Sequence record: NC_055721.1 | DNA from: Escherichia phage EcS1 | Strand: one strand, 5' to 3' | Length of the DNA stretch: 64,000 nucleotides | Shown here: in pieces, positions 1 to 8,363 of the stretch | Layout: each line of letters starts with the position of its first letter | Position numbering within the stretch: position 1 is the stretch's first letter | Program-made: the position numbers and the translations under genes | The notes under the pieces: generated by a model | Databases searched by the model: none | The model's input: only the letters and a program-made list of their open reading frames with translations | Told to the model about the DNA's origin: nothing

Positions 1-183
1 AAATCGTTGACCTTTAAAAGGTCCTGACATGAATCGATACATTTTATAATCTAATACATCAATTGAATGAAGTATCTTAAAGAAGACTTTTTGATCGGTC
101 TGCTTTGAAGCCGTCATAAAATCAATGTATTCGGAAATGGTCATGCCTAGAGCATTCATAGCTTTTAAAAACGAAGTTTTCAT
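1..183 (-). CDS. hypothetical protein, partial (N-terminal 61 aa in window; C-terminus beyond window start)
   Basis: Minus-strand ATG at 183 overlaps the upstream stop (ATGA); frame stays open to position 1 (MKTSFLKAMNALGMTISEYIDF...). Confidence 0.35.
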   Translation of the reverse strand, partial: MKTSFLKAMNALGMTISEYIDFMTASKQTDQKVFFKILHSIDVLDYKMYRFMSGPFKGQRF

Positions 184-701
184 TGTATTCCCATCACGAA
201 GAAAAGAGGTAGAGGAACTTCACCTTGAGAAGTATAATTCACCCGCATAGATTCCCATGCTTCATAGAACTTATACATCTCAGGGATACGAATTGGTTCT
301 TCAATTATAATCAATGTTCTCTGAAGCGAAAGGCCTCGATAACGATCTTTATTATCACTCAAGAAGTTTCTGATTGTATCATCAACTAATACACCTTTGA
401 CTTTATCGATATTTTCTAAAGCCATCCATCGACGCATAATACGGTCTCTGGTTTTTCGAGCATAAGGAGATTTGTTGGCTAGAACAATTACTGATTTACC
501 GTCAGCGAGCCATTCAGCAGCGAATCTAGAGACAGCTTCAGTTTTACCAGATTGACGACCACCGTCAATACGAAGTGTGCAATATTCTTGCAGCAATGAG
601 ATAGGGTGTAACCCTTTATTATTCTTGTCTTCTAAACAATCATCAGCACGGTTATTAAAAGCATGCATCAAGGTTAGATAGATTGGAGTTAAGTATTTCA
701 T
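180..701 (-). CDS. hypothetical P-loop NTPase
   Basis: 173-aa ORF with a Walker-A-like motif GGRQSGKT; no closer family recognised. Confidence 0.5.
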   Translation of the reverse strand: MKYLTPIYLTLMHAFNNRADDCLEDKNNKGLHPISLLQEYCTLRIDGGRQSGKTEAVSRFAAEWLADGKSVIVLANKSPYARKTRDRIMRRWMALENIDKVKGVLVDDTIRNFLSDNKDRYRGLSLQRTLIIIEEPIRIPEMYKFYEAWESMRVNYTSQGEVPLPLFFVMGIQ

Positions 702-951
702 GTTGCCTCAGTTAGGGTATGCTTAAGAGGGGACATCCATGTCAATAAATCCATCAGCCGAATGTAACCTTTAGAGACGCGGTCTCACCTTAATTAAGAT
801 TAAGGTAGGAAGGCCCATTATTAAGAGGGTCGGGGTCCTTTTTTCTCGATTGTAACTGGCTTTACCGCACTTGGGCTAGACCTTTTCACAGGTACCAGAA
901 GCCACTTCACTAGAGGAACGAATGTTCATAGGAGAGGTTCGAGTTAGCTTT

Positions 952-1401
952 TTACATATCTACCAATTTGCCGTTTTTAACTCGCATAACTTTAGCGGCT
1001 AATTTATTAGTTGGATTTTTCTGACGGACAATAGATGCTAAGCTATTAGCTGCTGTTTTAGCTGCGGCATAATCGTCATACCAATCACGACCAGTTTTAA
1101 TACGCTTAGTTCCTTTGTCTACTGTAACAATCCATTGAGATTGATCATTAGGGTCCATTTCTATGCGAATATCACCACCTGATACTAAACCAGATTGGAC
1201 CTTAGTAGGTTTGTTAGGGACAGTACCACCTAATGCTTTCGCCGCCTTTACAGCATCTTCATAACTCAGCCCAGCTTCAATAGTTTCAGCCTTGCGTCCT
1301 TTGCCACGATTAACATTAAAGGTTGTACCCCATCCAGGAACAATTTCAATATCCATTTCATGTTTTGCCGCTTCAGCTATAAATTCTTGATAAGTTTTCA
1401 T
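952..1401 (-). CDS. internal head protein (IPII/IPIII-like) with capsid targeting sequence
   Basis: N-terminus MKTYQEFIAEA matches the T4 internal-protein capsid targeting sequence with a gp21 protease site after the Glu; basic 149-aa protein. Confidence 0.6.
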   Translation of the reverse strand: MKTYQEFIAEAAKHEMDIEIVPGWGTTFNVNRGKGRKAETIEAGLSYEDAVKAAKALGGTVPNKPTKVQSGLVSGGDIRIEMDPNDQSQWIVTVDKGTKRIKTGRDWYDDYAAAKTAANSLASIVRQKNPTNKLAAKVMRVKNGKLVDM

Positions 1402-1415
1402 AATATCCTTTGTAG

Positions 1416-1829
1416 TTAGTTAATAGCCTTACCATAATGTTTATACCACAAAGGCTTTTGAGTAATCTTTTCGTCAAGACGTTCCTGAGATAAACGAAGA
1501 GCACGTTGATTAGGAATATAATCATTACACCACTCGACAGGAATATCTGTTATGGGCTTAACAGTAGTATCAGTAATTTTGAAACCACGTTTTAAGCATT
1601 CATTGATGAGCTTAAACTGACGATTATGTAAGAACTTTAACTTGTTATAGAAGAATGTAACATGACCAGTCCCAAGCAAAAAGGTATCAGAGATTTTGAA
1701 ATCAGAAACCTTTTTACCAGCAGCAATATGCTTACGAACAGCACCAAACACACGAGGGAGCTCGCGATACTCCGCCATTAGATGTTGATCAGTTAATTCA
1801 GAAACAGGTGTTAAGTTAATACGTGTCAT
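1416..1829 (-). CDS. denV: endonuclease V, pyrimidine-dimer DNA glycosylase
   Basis: [34 protein letters not shown]... is near-identical in pattern to T4 DenV; start placed at the MTRINL Met, 4 codons inside the longest ORF. Confidence 0.85.
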   Translation of the reverse strand: MTRINLTPVSELTDQHLMAEYRELPRVFGAVRKHIAAGKKVSDFKISDTFLLGTGHVTFFYNKLKFLHNRQFKLINECLKRGFKITDTTVKPITDIPVEWCNDYIPNQRALRLSQERLDEKITQKPLWYKHYGKAIN

Positions 1830-1884
1830 GATGTCCTCCATTAGTTTAGGAAGACATCATACCACAGTACTATCTTGTTGTAAA

Positions 1885-2187
1885 CTACTTCTTAGAGTAA
1901 TCACTCATTAGTTTAACTATGTCACCAAGTTTCTTGTTGAACAGATAATCTACTTCTTTACCTGCTTTGTTAACAATCTGCCATTGGCCATCGCCTTTGT
2001 TACCGAAAGTGTAGTCGCCAACTTTAAATGAGTAGCCGCCTACTTTTTTAACAGGAGTTACTTCAAAGCCAAGTTTTTTAGCTTGGAAAGTTACACGACG
2101 CAGAGTGTCGTCCATTTCGCTTTCAGTTAGTGGTTGGGTATAAGTTTCAAGGTAAGATTCTAGTAAAGTCATTCGTATGCACCCCAA
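1885..2187 (-). CDS. hypothetical protein
   Basis: 100-aa ORF between denV and e; start uncertain (internal Met at MTLLESY). Confidence 0.4.
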   Translation of the reverse strand: MGCIRMTLLESYLETYTQPLTESEMDDTLRRVTFQAKKLGFEVTPVKKVGGYSFKVGDYTFGNKGDGQWQIVNKAGKEVDYLFNKKLGDIVKLMSDYSKK

Positions 2188-2657
2188 GTGCCAGTTTTAA
2201 AAGTAGAGATAACACGCTTAGCGCGATTAGGTGTCTGATTATACCATCGGGATTTAGATAAATTAACTGCTGCTTCATCCCAACGTTTTTCTTTAAGCAT
2301 ACGCATAGAATTCGTAAATCCTGCGACGCCTGCAACACCCATTTGGAAGACCATATTAATCAGTGCAGCACGACGAACACCATCCAGAACATCATATACA
2401 GGCTTCAGAACTGAGTTGCCTAAGATGCCTCGAGTTGCCTTTTCAACATCTTTATTAAAGATGCTTTCAGCTTCGGCTTGACTGAGCTGACCGTTACAGT
2501 CGCGTCCAACAAGTTTATTAAGTTCAGTTTTAGCAATATCAAGAGATGGTTCTTTGGTCAAAAGATGACCGATACCAATTGTGTAATACCCTTCGGTATC
2601 TTTATAAATTTTAGAATCGTATCCTTCATCGATACGAAGCATTCCGAAAATATCCAT
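2169..2657 (-). CDS. e: T4-type lysozyme (endolysin)
   Basis: [35 protein letters not shown]...[15 protein letters not shown] matches T4 lysozyme along its whole length (162 aa). Confidence 0.9.
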   Translation of the reverse strand: MDIFGMLRIDEGYDSKIYKDTEGYYTIGIGHLLTKEPSLDIAKTELNKLVGRDCNGQLSQAEAESIFNKDVEKATRGILGNSVLKPVYDVLDGVRRAALINMVFQMGVAGVAGFTNSMRMLKEKRWDEAAVNLSKSRWYNQTPNRAKRVISTFKTGTWGAYE

Positions 2658-2695
2658 AGAAACTCCTATACATTAATATAGGAGTATTTATTTAG

Positions 2696-3169
2696 TTACT
2701 TCCAGTTAGCTTCATGGATTTCCTTTCCGTAAAGCTTCTGCATTACATTGTAAAGAGATGGGCCCATTACGTAGTTCCACATACGAGGTTGGATAAAAGC
2801 AAATGCATCTAGTTCCGGGAAACTGACGCCGTCTTCACCAGTGTGTTGAGCTGTACAAACACAACCCTTGAAGTCCTCGACTTCGACAGCAAATGGATAG
2901 ACAAACAAATGAATATCTTTATTGGGCGCGTAGTCGTGTCGTCCTAGGTCCACTAGGGCTCCAGGATTGTACTTCTCGAAACTGGTTTCTTCTGTACATT
3001 CACGGACTGCAGCTTGAAGAACAGTTTCGCCTTCTTCAACATGTCCTTTAGGAATGTCCCAACGATGACCCTTGCCTGCTAGTCCCGAACCCGTAACGCG
3101 TCCCATGAATAAATGGTGTTCTTTTGTGAAGAACAAAATACCTGCTGATAATTCTTTTACTTTAGTCAT
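2696..3169 (-). CDS. nudE: Nudix hydrolase
   Basis: Nudix box GHVEEGETVLQAAVRECTEETS; sits next to e as in T4. Start placed at an internal Met; the longest ORF would begin at 3208. Confidence 0.7.
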   Translation of the reverse strand: MTKVKELSAGILFFTKEHHLFMGRVTGSGLAGKGHRWDIPKGHVEEGETVLQAAVRECTEETSFEKYNPGALVDLGRHDYAPNKDIHLFVYPFAVEVEDFKGCVCTAQHTGEDGVSFPELDAFAFIQPRMWNYVMGPSLYNVMQKLYGKEIHEANWK

Positions 3170-3401
3170 TAAAGTCGTCCCCGAGCCATGATAGGCTATA
3201 GATTTCACGAATCGTTTCTTCTACATCAGATTCTTCATATTCTGAATTTTCACTAACCGCTATAGTCCAATCAGCTATTGGTGAAAAATAGTCTAAATTT
3301 TCAGATAATTTAGAATGGATGGAATCTAATGATTGTGAATCTTCAAAAGAATACAGGTAAGAATCACCAGATTCAGATTTAATATAAACTGCTACAGCCA
3401 T
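3162..3401 (-). CDS. hypothetical acidic protein
   Basis: 79-aa ORF co-oriented and tightly packed with neighbours. Confidence 0.4.
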   Translation of the reverse strand: MAVAVYIKSESGDSYLYSFEDSQSLDSIHSKLSENLDYFSPIADWTIAVSENSEYEESDVEETIREIYSLSWLGDDFND

Positions 3402-3706
3402 TAAAAGGCCTCCACAAAGTTATAGAGATTAAAATCTTTTGCATCATACTTACCATAATGAATGGCTTTCATAGTATCGTACATATCATAATACTTTTCA
3501 CGAGCCAGCGTACCAAAGAGATGAATCTTGAGAATGTCCCAATCTTTGCCTAATTCACCACTACTGAAAGAATAAACCTTTTCTACTATTTTAATAATAC
3601 GAAGAGCAACTTCTTGGTCAGTAGGTGAGACCCAACCCCAGTTATGATAAACTGTTCCAGTCACTACACCATCTTTAAAACTTGCTAATCCGGTTGGACA
3701 ACTCAT
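3401..3706 (-). CDS. hypothetical protein
   Basis: 101-aa ORF; start overlaps the upstream stop. Confidence 0.45.
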   Translation of the reverse strand: MSCPTGLASFKDGVVTGTVYHNWGWVSPTDQEVALRIIKIVEKVYSFSSGELGKDWDILKIHLFGTLAREKYYDMYDTMKAIHYGKYDAKDFNLYNFVEAF

Positions 3707-4056
3707 GAGCGAATACCTTTTATGAAATCAAGTGCTTCATCTTTTTTAGATGGTTTAGTTTCTTTAACTATTTTAGGTTTCACAACATCAAAAGTTCCTC
3801 TTTGGACTTGACCTACAAAGAACACCCAACGAGCTGTGATACTTGAAAATGTAATTATTGCTGCAGCTATAGCTAAAAATAACAGTGGACTTCCAAAGAT
3901 AGGACTAAAGAAGAATAAAGTATAATAAGTCCCGAAGCCAGCTATTGCGGTTGAACCAAAAAGAACCAGAATGAAGAAGAATACCCAGCCTTCTTCATTG
4001 TAAGAAGACTTTCGGTACCCACGATAAATGGTCTTAATCATTTTGAACCTCTGCAT
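3703..4056 (-). CDS. hypothetical membrane protein
   Basis: 117 aa with two long hydrophobic segments (FFFILVLFGSTAIAGFG..., LLFLAIAAAIITF...). Confidence 0.45.
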   Translation of the reverse strand: MQRFKMIKTIYRGYRKSSYNEEGWVFFFILVLFGSTAIAGFGTYYTLFFFSPIFGSPLLFLAIAAAIITFSSITARWVFFVGQVQRGTFDVVKPKIVKETKPSKKDEALDFIKGIRS

Positions 4057-4583
4057 CCTTGAATAAAGTCAGCAATTGATTTCTGTGCTTCATATTTCTT
4101 CTCTTTACGAATAGCAAAAGGAAGTTTAACTAATGACCAAATGAGTCCATCAATCCAAGTTGTTAGAACAGAAAATAAAATCAATGTAATGTTAAGAAGA
4201 ATCCCTACAAAGATTAATTCAATTGTAGAATGAGACTGAGTTATAAAAGTAAAATTAGCTAAAACAATCATTGCAATAGTGATAGGGCCTAAGACACGGT
4301 TGATTCCAGTATCCTTAGGTTTCTTAATTTGAGGCTGATAACCTCTTGCTACGTAAGCCATAGTATTTTCCTCATAATGAAGACCAAGTTCTTCGGCTAC
4401 TTCTATTTCGGCTGATTTACGAATTTGGCGATCATAGTCACCATATTTTTCTTCAAAATTACGTACTCTTCTACAGAGTTTACAATCACAGTCGTCACTA
4501 TACCCTTCGCTAGTAGGCCAAAGGTCATGATGTTGAACAACCATTTTTAATCTCCAAAATTGAGTGACCAGTATATCACTCAA
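4038..4583 (-). CDS. hypothetical protein, Cys-containing N-terminal region and C-terminal transmembrane segments
   Basis: 181 aa; CDCKLCRR motif near the N-terminus, hydrophobic helices at the C-terminus. Confidence 0.5.
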   Translation of the reverse strand: MSDILVTQFWRLKMVVQHHDLWPTSEGYSDDCDCKLCRRVRNFEEKYGDYDRQIRKSAEIEVAEELGLHYEENTMAYVARGYQPQIKKPKDTGINRVLGPITIAMIVLANFTFITQSHSTIELIFVGILLNITLILFSVLTTWIDGLIWSLVKLPFAIRKEKKYEAQKSIADFIQGCRGSK

Positions 4584-4650
4584 TCTATTTGTTGTACACT
4601 ACTTTTTAACGTAGGTGATGAACTCAAGAGCATCAGAGATTTCAGCGCGT

Positions 4651-4989
4651 CTAGCTTCGGCTTTTTTTTTGTTTCTTAGCTTCTTTTGTTTCTTTGAATT
4701 GTTTACCGATCCATCCGTCTTGAGAATGAACTTGACAGCTGCTGTCCATTTTAACCCACCAACACCAACGGTAAATCCAATGAGCCCAAACATAGAATCC
4801 TGATACTATAAAGGACCAAACCAAGATACCTGAGTCTTCAACTTTAAAAATGGTTTCTAATCCAGTATAAACTGTGATTGCTGTCAACGTGCTGAAAATA
4901 ATTGAACATAAAAGGAACAAGAAGAATTTCTCAGTCTTCCAGATTTCACGAGAGTTACGATAATACATGTACAGAGTTTCAATAATCAT
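4651..4989 (-). CDS. hypothetical membrane protein (may extend to 4599 by a -1 shift at an A9 tract)
   Basis: 112-aa ORF with transmembrane helices, ending just after an A9 run; the overlapping 4599..4793 ORF continues in the -1 frame. Confidence 0.45.
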   Translation of the reverse strand: MIIETLYMYYRNSREIWKTEKFFLFLLCSIIFSTLTAITVYTGLETIFKVEDSGILVWSFIVSGFYVWAHWIYRWCWWVKMDSSCQVHSQDGWIGKQFKETKEAKKQKKSRS

Positions 4990-5363
4990 TATTTCACCTT
5001 ACATTCTTTGATGAACATCTCTATTTTAAGACTAGTTTTATTAGCTTCGGCTGCAGCTTCTTCTATTTGATTTTGTAGTTTGAGCTTTTGATTCCGAAGA
5101 CGAGCTGGGATAAAATAAATCCATCCTAATGGTTTATACCCAAATAATGCTAAAAATTCTACAATTACAAGAGAATAACCACCAATTGCGAAAAACAGTT
5201 TACCAAACTCTTGTCCAGAAACACCTATAATTCCTAAAGTCATAATTAATATTAATAAAACAAGACACCAAACTAATAATCCAATAAGAGCAGAAGATAT
5301 TTTATCAGGTTTATCAAATGAAGTGCGTTCAAAAGAATTATAACGAAAATAATGAGCCATCAT
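4989..5363 (-). CDS. hypothetical membrane protein
   Basis: 124 aa with long hydrophobic stretches (LIGLLVWCLVLLILIMTLGIIGV...). Confidence 0.5.
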   Translation of the reverse strand: MMAHYFRYNSFERTSFDKPDKISSALIGLLVWCLVLLILIMTLGIIGVSGQEFGKLFFAIGGYSLVIVEFLALFGYKPLGWIYFIPARLRNQKLKLQNQIEEAAAEANKTSLKIEMFIKECKVK

Positions 5364-6172
5364 TTCACCTCAACATGCTTAGTACGACACATCTTAACAA
5401 ACTCTTCTACAGCAAGAAGATTTACGCCTTTATCATGATCAACAAATGATTTCATTTGTTCTGGTAAATCTTCTAAGAACCATTGGCGATTTTTATCACT
5501 ATAACTTCCACGAGAAGATTCAAAATTATACACACTCATGCATAAAGCAAATCGGAATGTTTTACCTTCAATACGAGCTTCAAACCAGGCACCATATAAA
5601 GATTCAGTAGAATATTTACTTGAATCAGGTTTAATAAAATGATTAGCAGCATCATTATAATGCATCAAAGAATATTCATAAGCTCTGAGACCTAAGAACT
5701 TAATACCTTCAGACATACAAGAAACATCTTTTATAACTTTCAAAAATGTTTTTGAATCTTTAACATATACTGGAGCTGGGATTTTATTACCAATAGCATA
5801 TTGATGCATACGGATTTTATCAGTGCTCTGACGTTCGATATGCTTTACAATGTAATGTAAAAATGTATTAGGTGCTCCAGTATCAATTAGCTGTTGCATC
5901 ATAAGTACTCCGCCTGCGCTTGTTACATTCGACGGAATTTTAAATTTTTCTGGCTCTGCAGTCCAGACACCATCGCCTTCATAAAACATATTATTTCTCT
6001 CACTTAAAGGTAATGAATTTAATGCAATGAGTGCTTTCACTACGTATGAATCAAGTTTGCTCAATTCATAATTATCATGTAACAATGGTGTAATAAAACC
6101 TACACTCAGAGCATGTTCTTGACCTTGTTTGTTCGCATAGAAAACACGAAAGTCGTTAGTGAAAATAAACAT
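5360..6172 (-). CDS. hypothetical protein
   Basis: 270-aa ORF, 4-nt overlap with the downstream gene; no motif recognised. Confidence 0.55.
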   Translation of the reverse strand: MFIFTNDFRVFYANKQGQEHALSVGFITPLLHDNYELSKLDSYVVKALIALNSLPLSERNNMFYEGDGVWTAEPEKFKIPSNVTSAGGVLMMQQLIDTGAPNTFLHYIVKHIERQSTDKIRMHQYAIGNKIPAPVYVKDSKTFLKVIKDVSCMSEGIKFLGLRAYEYSLMHYNDAANHFIKPDSSKYSTESLYGAWFEARIEGKTFRFALCMSVYNFESSRGSYSDKNRQWFLEDLPEQMKSFVDHDKGVNLLAVEEFVKMCRTKHVEVK

Positions 6173-6211
6173 TGTTCCTCCAAAGAGGACCGAAGTCCTC
6201 TTTATTACGAT

Positions 6212-6817
6212 TTATGCTTTCAGAGATTCGAGGTATTCAGCCAAGTCAGCGCTGGTAGACTCGACACCTGTTGCATTGCTGCCGTTGAATGTATCGATAC
6301 GAGAGATAATGGTATCAACATCAACTTTAGCGAGTTCAGCTGTTTCAATGATATCGTCTGCGGTAGAGAGACCCATTGAGTTGGCTGCATTACTTTCACG
6401 GATGAACTCAAGCTTAACAGCCAGGTCAGCACGTTGGTCATCAAGAGCAACTGTAGTACGTTCAATTTCTTCTTGCATTGCTACAAGTTCAGAAGCTTTA
6501 GTACGAAGAGCTGCTGCGGTACGACGATACAGAAGACCCAGTTTAGCGTGAGTGGTCACATCAACTGTAGGCTGAGTTTGCATCAGATGACGGATTTCAC
6601 GTTCTTTAGAAGCTGCATTTTGGTCTTTTTCATCAGCCAGAGCTTTCAAACGTGAGATTTCTTTCTTAGAAGTCGCATAACGTTTACGCAACTGATTGAT
6701 TTTATCGATGATTTTGTTCGCTGCTTCAGCATACTGTTGTTCGATTGTAGTGTGCTTAGTCATGAAGAAAGACAGCTGAGAACGAATGAATTCAACGATT
6801 TTTTTCAGAATAGACAT
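6212..6817 (-). CDS. coiled-coil protein, PspA/IM30-like (tentative)
   Basis: 201 aa; N-terminal amphipathic helix followed by long charged heptad-like stretches (RLKALADEKDQNAASKEREIRHL..., ELVAMQEEIERTTVALDDQRADLAVKLEF...) resembling the PspA/Vipp1 family. Confidence 0.45.
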   Translation of the reverse strand: MSILKKIVEFIRSQLSFFMTKHTTIEQQYAEAANKIIDKINQLRKRYATSKKEISRLKALADEKDQNAASKEREIRHLMQTQPTVDVTTHAKLGLLYRRTAAALRTKASELVAMQEEIERTTVALDDQRADLAVKLEFIRESNAANSMGLSTADDIIETAELAKVDVDTIISRIDTFNGSNATGVESTSADLAEYLESLKA

Positions 6818-6874
6818 AATATTTCCTTTCAGTTTAAAGTAGATGTATTTTAATACTCAATAATATAAGCAAAC

Positions 6875-7099
6875 TTAGATTGTAGAACCAATCACAACTT
6901 TAGCGAAAGACCAATTTTTGTTAACATGCTTAACAATATCAGCCATTTTAACAGCTTCAAACAAATCAGTAACATGATACTCATGAGTTTCGGTATTCAG
7001 TATTGCACGGAAGTTTTCAAAACAGCCAAAGTCATCAGTGATTTCATCGATTGTTACTGTATTGAAAGTAGTCATTTTATTTCTCCAGGTTTCCATCAT
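6875..7099 (-). CDS. hypothetical protein
   Basis: 74-aa ORF. Confidence 0.4.
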   Translation of the reverse strand: MMETWRNKMTTFNTVTIDEITDDFGCFENFRAILNTETHEYHVTDLFEAVKMADIVKHVNKNWSFAKVVIGSTI

Positions 7100-7160
7100 T
7101 TGTTTCGATGGAGCTATAATAACATGCCCTCAGGAGAAGTAAACAGCTTTGTTTAAAGAC

Positions 7161-7196
7161 CCGAAAGGGACCGCTAGGGTCCCTTCTTTTATTTAC
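7161..7196 (-). terminator. intrinsic terminator candidate after internal-protein gene
   Basis: Hairpin GGGACC-CTAGC-GGTCCC followed on the minus strand by TTTCGGGTCTTT, immediately 3' of the 7189..7794 stop. Confidence 0.45.
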
Positions 7197-7794
7197 GTGA
7201 TTTTTCGTAACGAGCAGCGTCAGCAGCCAGAGTACCAGCGTTGCGAAGCTTATTGCTGATTTCTTTATGCAGAGGCTGAGTATAACGCAAACTTTCAATT
7301 GTTAGATACAGATTGTAAAGGTCTGGAGTTTCAAGGTTGTTCATGTGTTGATTATTACGCAGCTTAGCATATTCACGAACCAGAACGTTAGTTTCACTTT
7401 CAATCTCATTAATCAGTGAAGATAATTGCTTATACTTTTTAACTAATGAAGAAGTATCAAAGTTAAACTTAGGTCCTGCAACTGGTTTAGGAGCTGGCTT
7501 TGCGGCCGCAGGCTTAGGAGCCACAACTGGTTTAGCAACAGGAGCAGACTTAGGTGCTGGAGTTGCTTTTGGAGTTGCTTTAGCAGTACCGCCACCAGCT
7601 ACGATATCTTTAAACGCTTTAGATGCTTTATAATAGTCTTTTTGACTATCAGTACTAAAGCCATACATGTCTTTCACTGCTTTAAAGAACTCTGTAGTGG
7701 TTTTAGTTCCTTTAATCGAATCATAAGCAGCTTGCCACTTGTCTTTAGTCATACGCTCAGTAGCTTCTGAGATGAATTCTTTGAATTTTAACAT
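7189..7794 (-). CDS. internal head protein-like, capsid targeting sequence plus Ala/Pro/Lys-rich region
   Basis: N-terminus MLKFKEFISEA resembles the internal-protein targeting sequence; central low-complexity tract KATPKATPAPKSAPVAKPVVAPKPAAAKPAPKPVAGPK. Confidence 0.55.
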   Translation of the reverse strand: MLKFKEFISEATERMTKDKWQAAYDSIKGTKTTTEFFKAVKDMYGFSTDSQKDYYKASKAFKDIVAGGGTAKATPKATPAPKSAPVAKPVVAPKPAAAKPAPKPVAGPKFNFDTSSLVKKYKQLSSLINEIESETNVLVREYAKLRNNQHMNNLETPDLYNLYLTIESLRYTQPLHKEISNKLRNAGTLAADAARYEKSRK

Positions 7795-8119
7795 TTTTGG
7801 TTCCTTTGAATATGAATTAGGTTTATTTTATATTTATCATATTCGTCCAGTGCGCACCGCTTGCTCAGATAGCCCGAAAGGGTCCCACCGAAGTAGAACC
7901 CTTTCAGAAGAATTGACAGCACTACCCACTTGCGGATAGCCTGCAAATGTTCATTTTATTATGCTCGTAGAGGCAAGTCTCACATAATAAAACATAGCGT
8001 CAGGAGGTGTCACTTTGCAGGTGATTAACAACTATGCTCATCCTCGGATAGAACATAGCAACGTAAACGTTCTCTTCTAGACTGACGTCTTATCGTAGGG
8101 TTGCAGCCCTAAACGAAAT

Positions 8120-8196
8120 TGGTGCTGAATGCAGGAATCGAACCCGCGACCTTCTCATTACAAGTGAGCTGCTCTACCTACTGAGCTAATTCAGCA
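8120..8196 (-). tRNA. tRNA-Thr (anticodon TGT)
   Basis: Cloverleaf read by hand; sequence closely resembles T4 tRNA-Thr; CCA encoded. Confidence 0.75.
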
Positions 8197-8199
8197 ATT

Positions 8200-8284
8200 T
8201 GGTGCATCGAGAGGGATTCGAACCCTCAATCCTCGCGGCGTGGCATTTTAAGTGCCATGTGTATACCAGTTCCACCATCGATGC
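8200..8284 (-). tRNA. tRNA-Leu (anticodon TAA)
   Basis: 85-nt class II tRNA with long variable arm; anticodon loop CTTAAAA; CCA encoded. Confidence 0.7.
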
Positions 8285-8288
8285 GAAT

Positions 8289-8363
8289 TGGTCGAGACAG
8301 TAGGGATCGAACCTACGACCTAGGACTTAGAAGGTCCTTGCTCTTCCGTCTGAGCTATGCCCC
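8289..8363 (-). tRNA. tRNA-Arg (anticodon TCT)
   Basis: Anticodon arm GGAC-CTTCTAA-GTCC, T-loop TTCGATC, CCA encoded. Confidence 0.7.

Noticed and set aside
702-951. A 250-nt, relatively GC-rich intergenic region with a tRNA-like TCGAACC motif and the hairpin ACCTTAAT-TAAG-ATTAAGGT
   Set aside because: No complete cloverleaf or convincing promoter/terminator architecture could be assembled by eye; left unannotated pending covariance-model search.
2147-2681. ORFs 2147..2338 (minus) and 2478..2681 (plus) overlapping lysozyme e
   Set aside because: They lie inside or antisense to the strongly supported e gene.
6113-6655. Plus-strand ORFs (6113..6379, 6159..6551, 6434..6655) and minus ORF 6220..6465 overlapping the PspA-like gene
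   Set aside because: They are antisense to or out of frame within a longer, better-supported minus-strand gene in a region where every real gene is minus-strand; most likely chance ORFs.
7870-7905. Stem AAAGGGT/ACCCTTT with a 14-nt loop between tRNA-Thr and the internal-protein gene
   Set aside because: The loop is long and there is no adequate U-tract on either strand; it may be an RNA processing structure but is too weak to call as a terminator.
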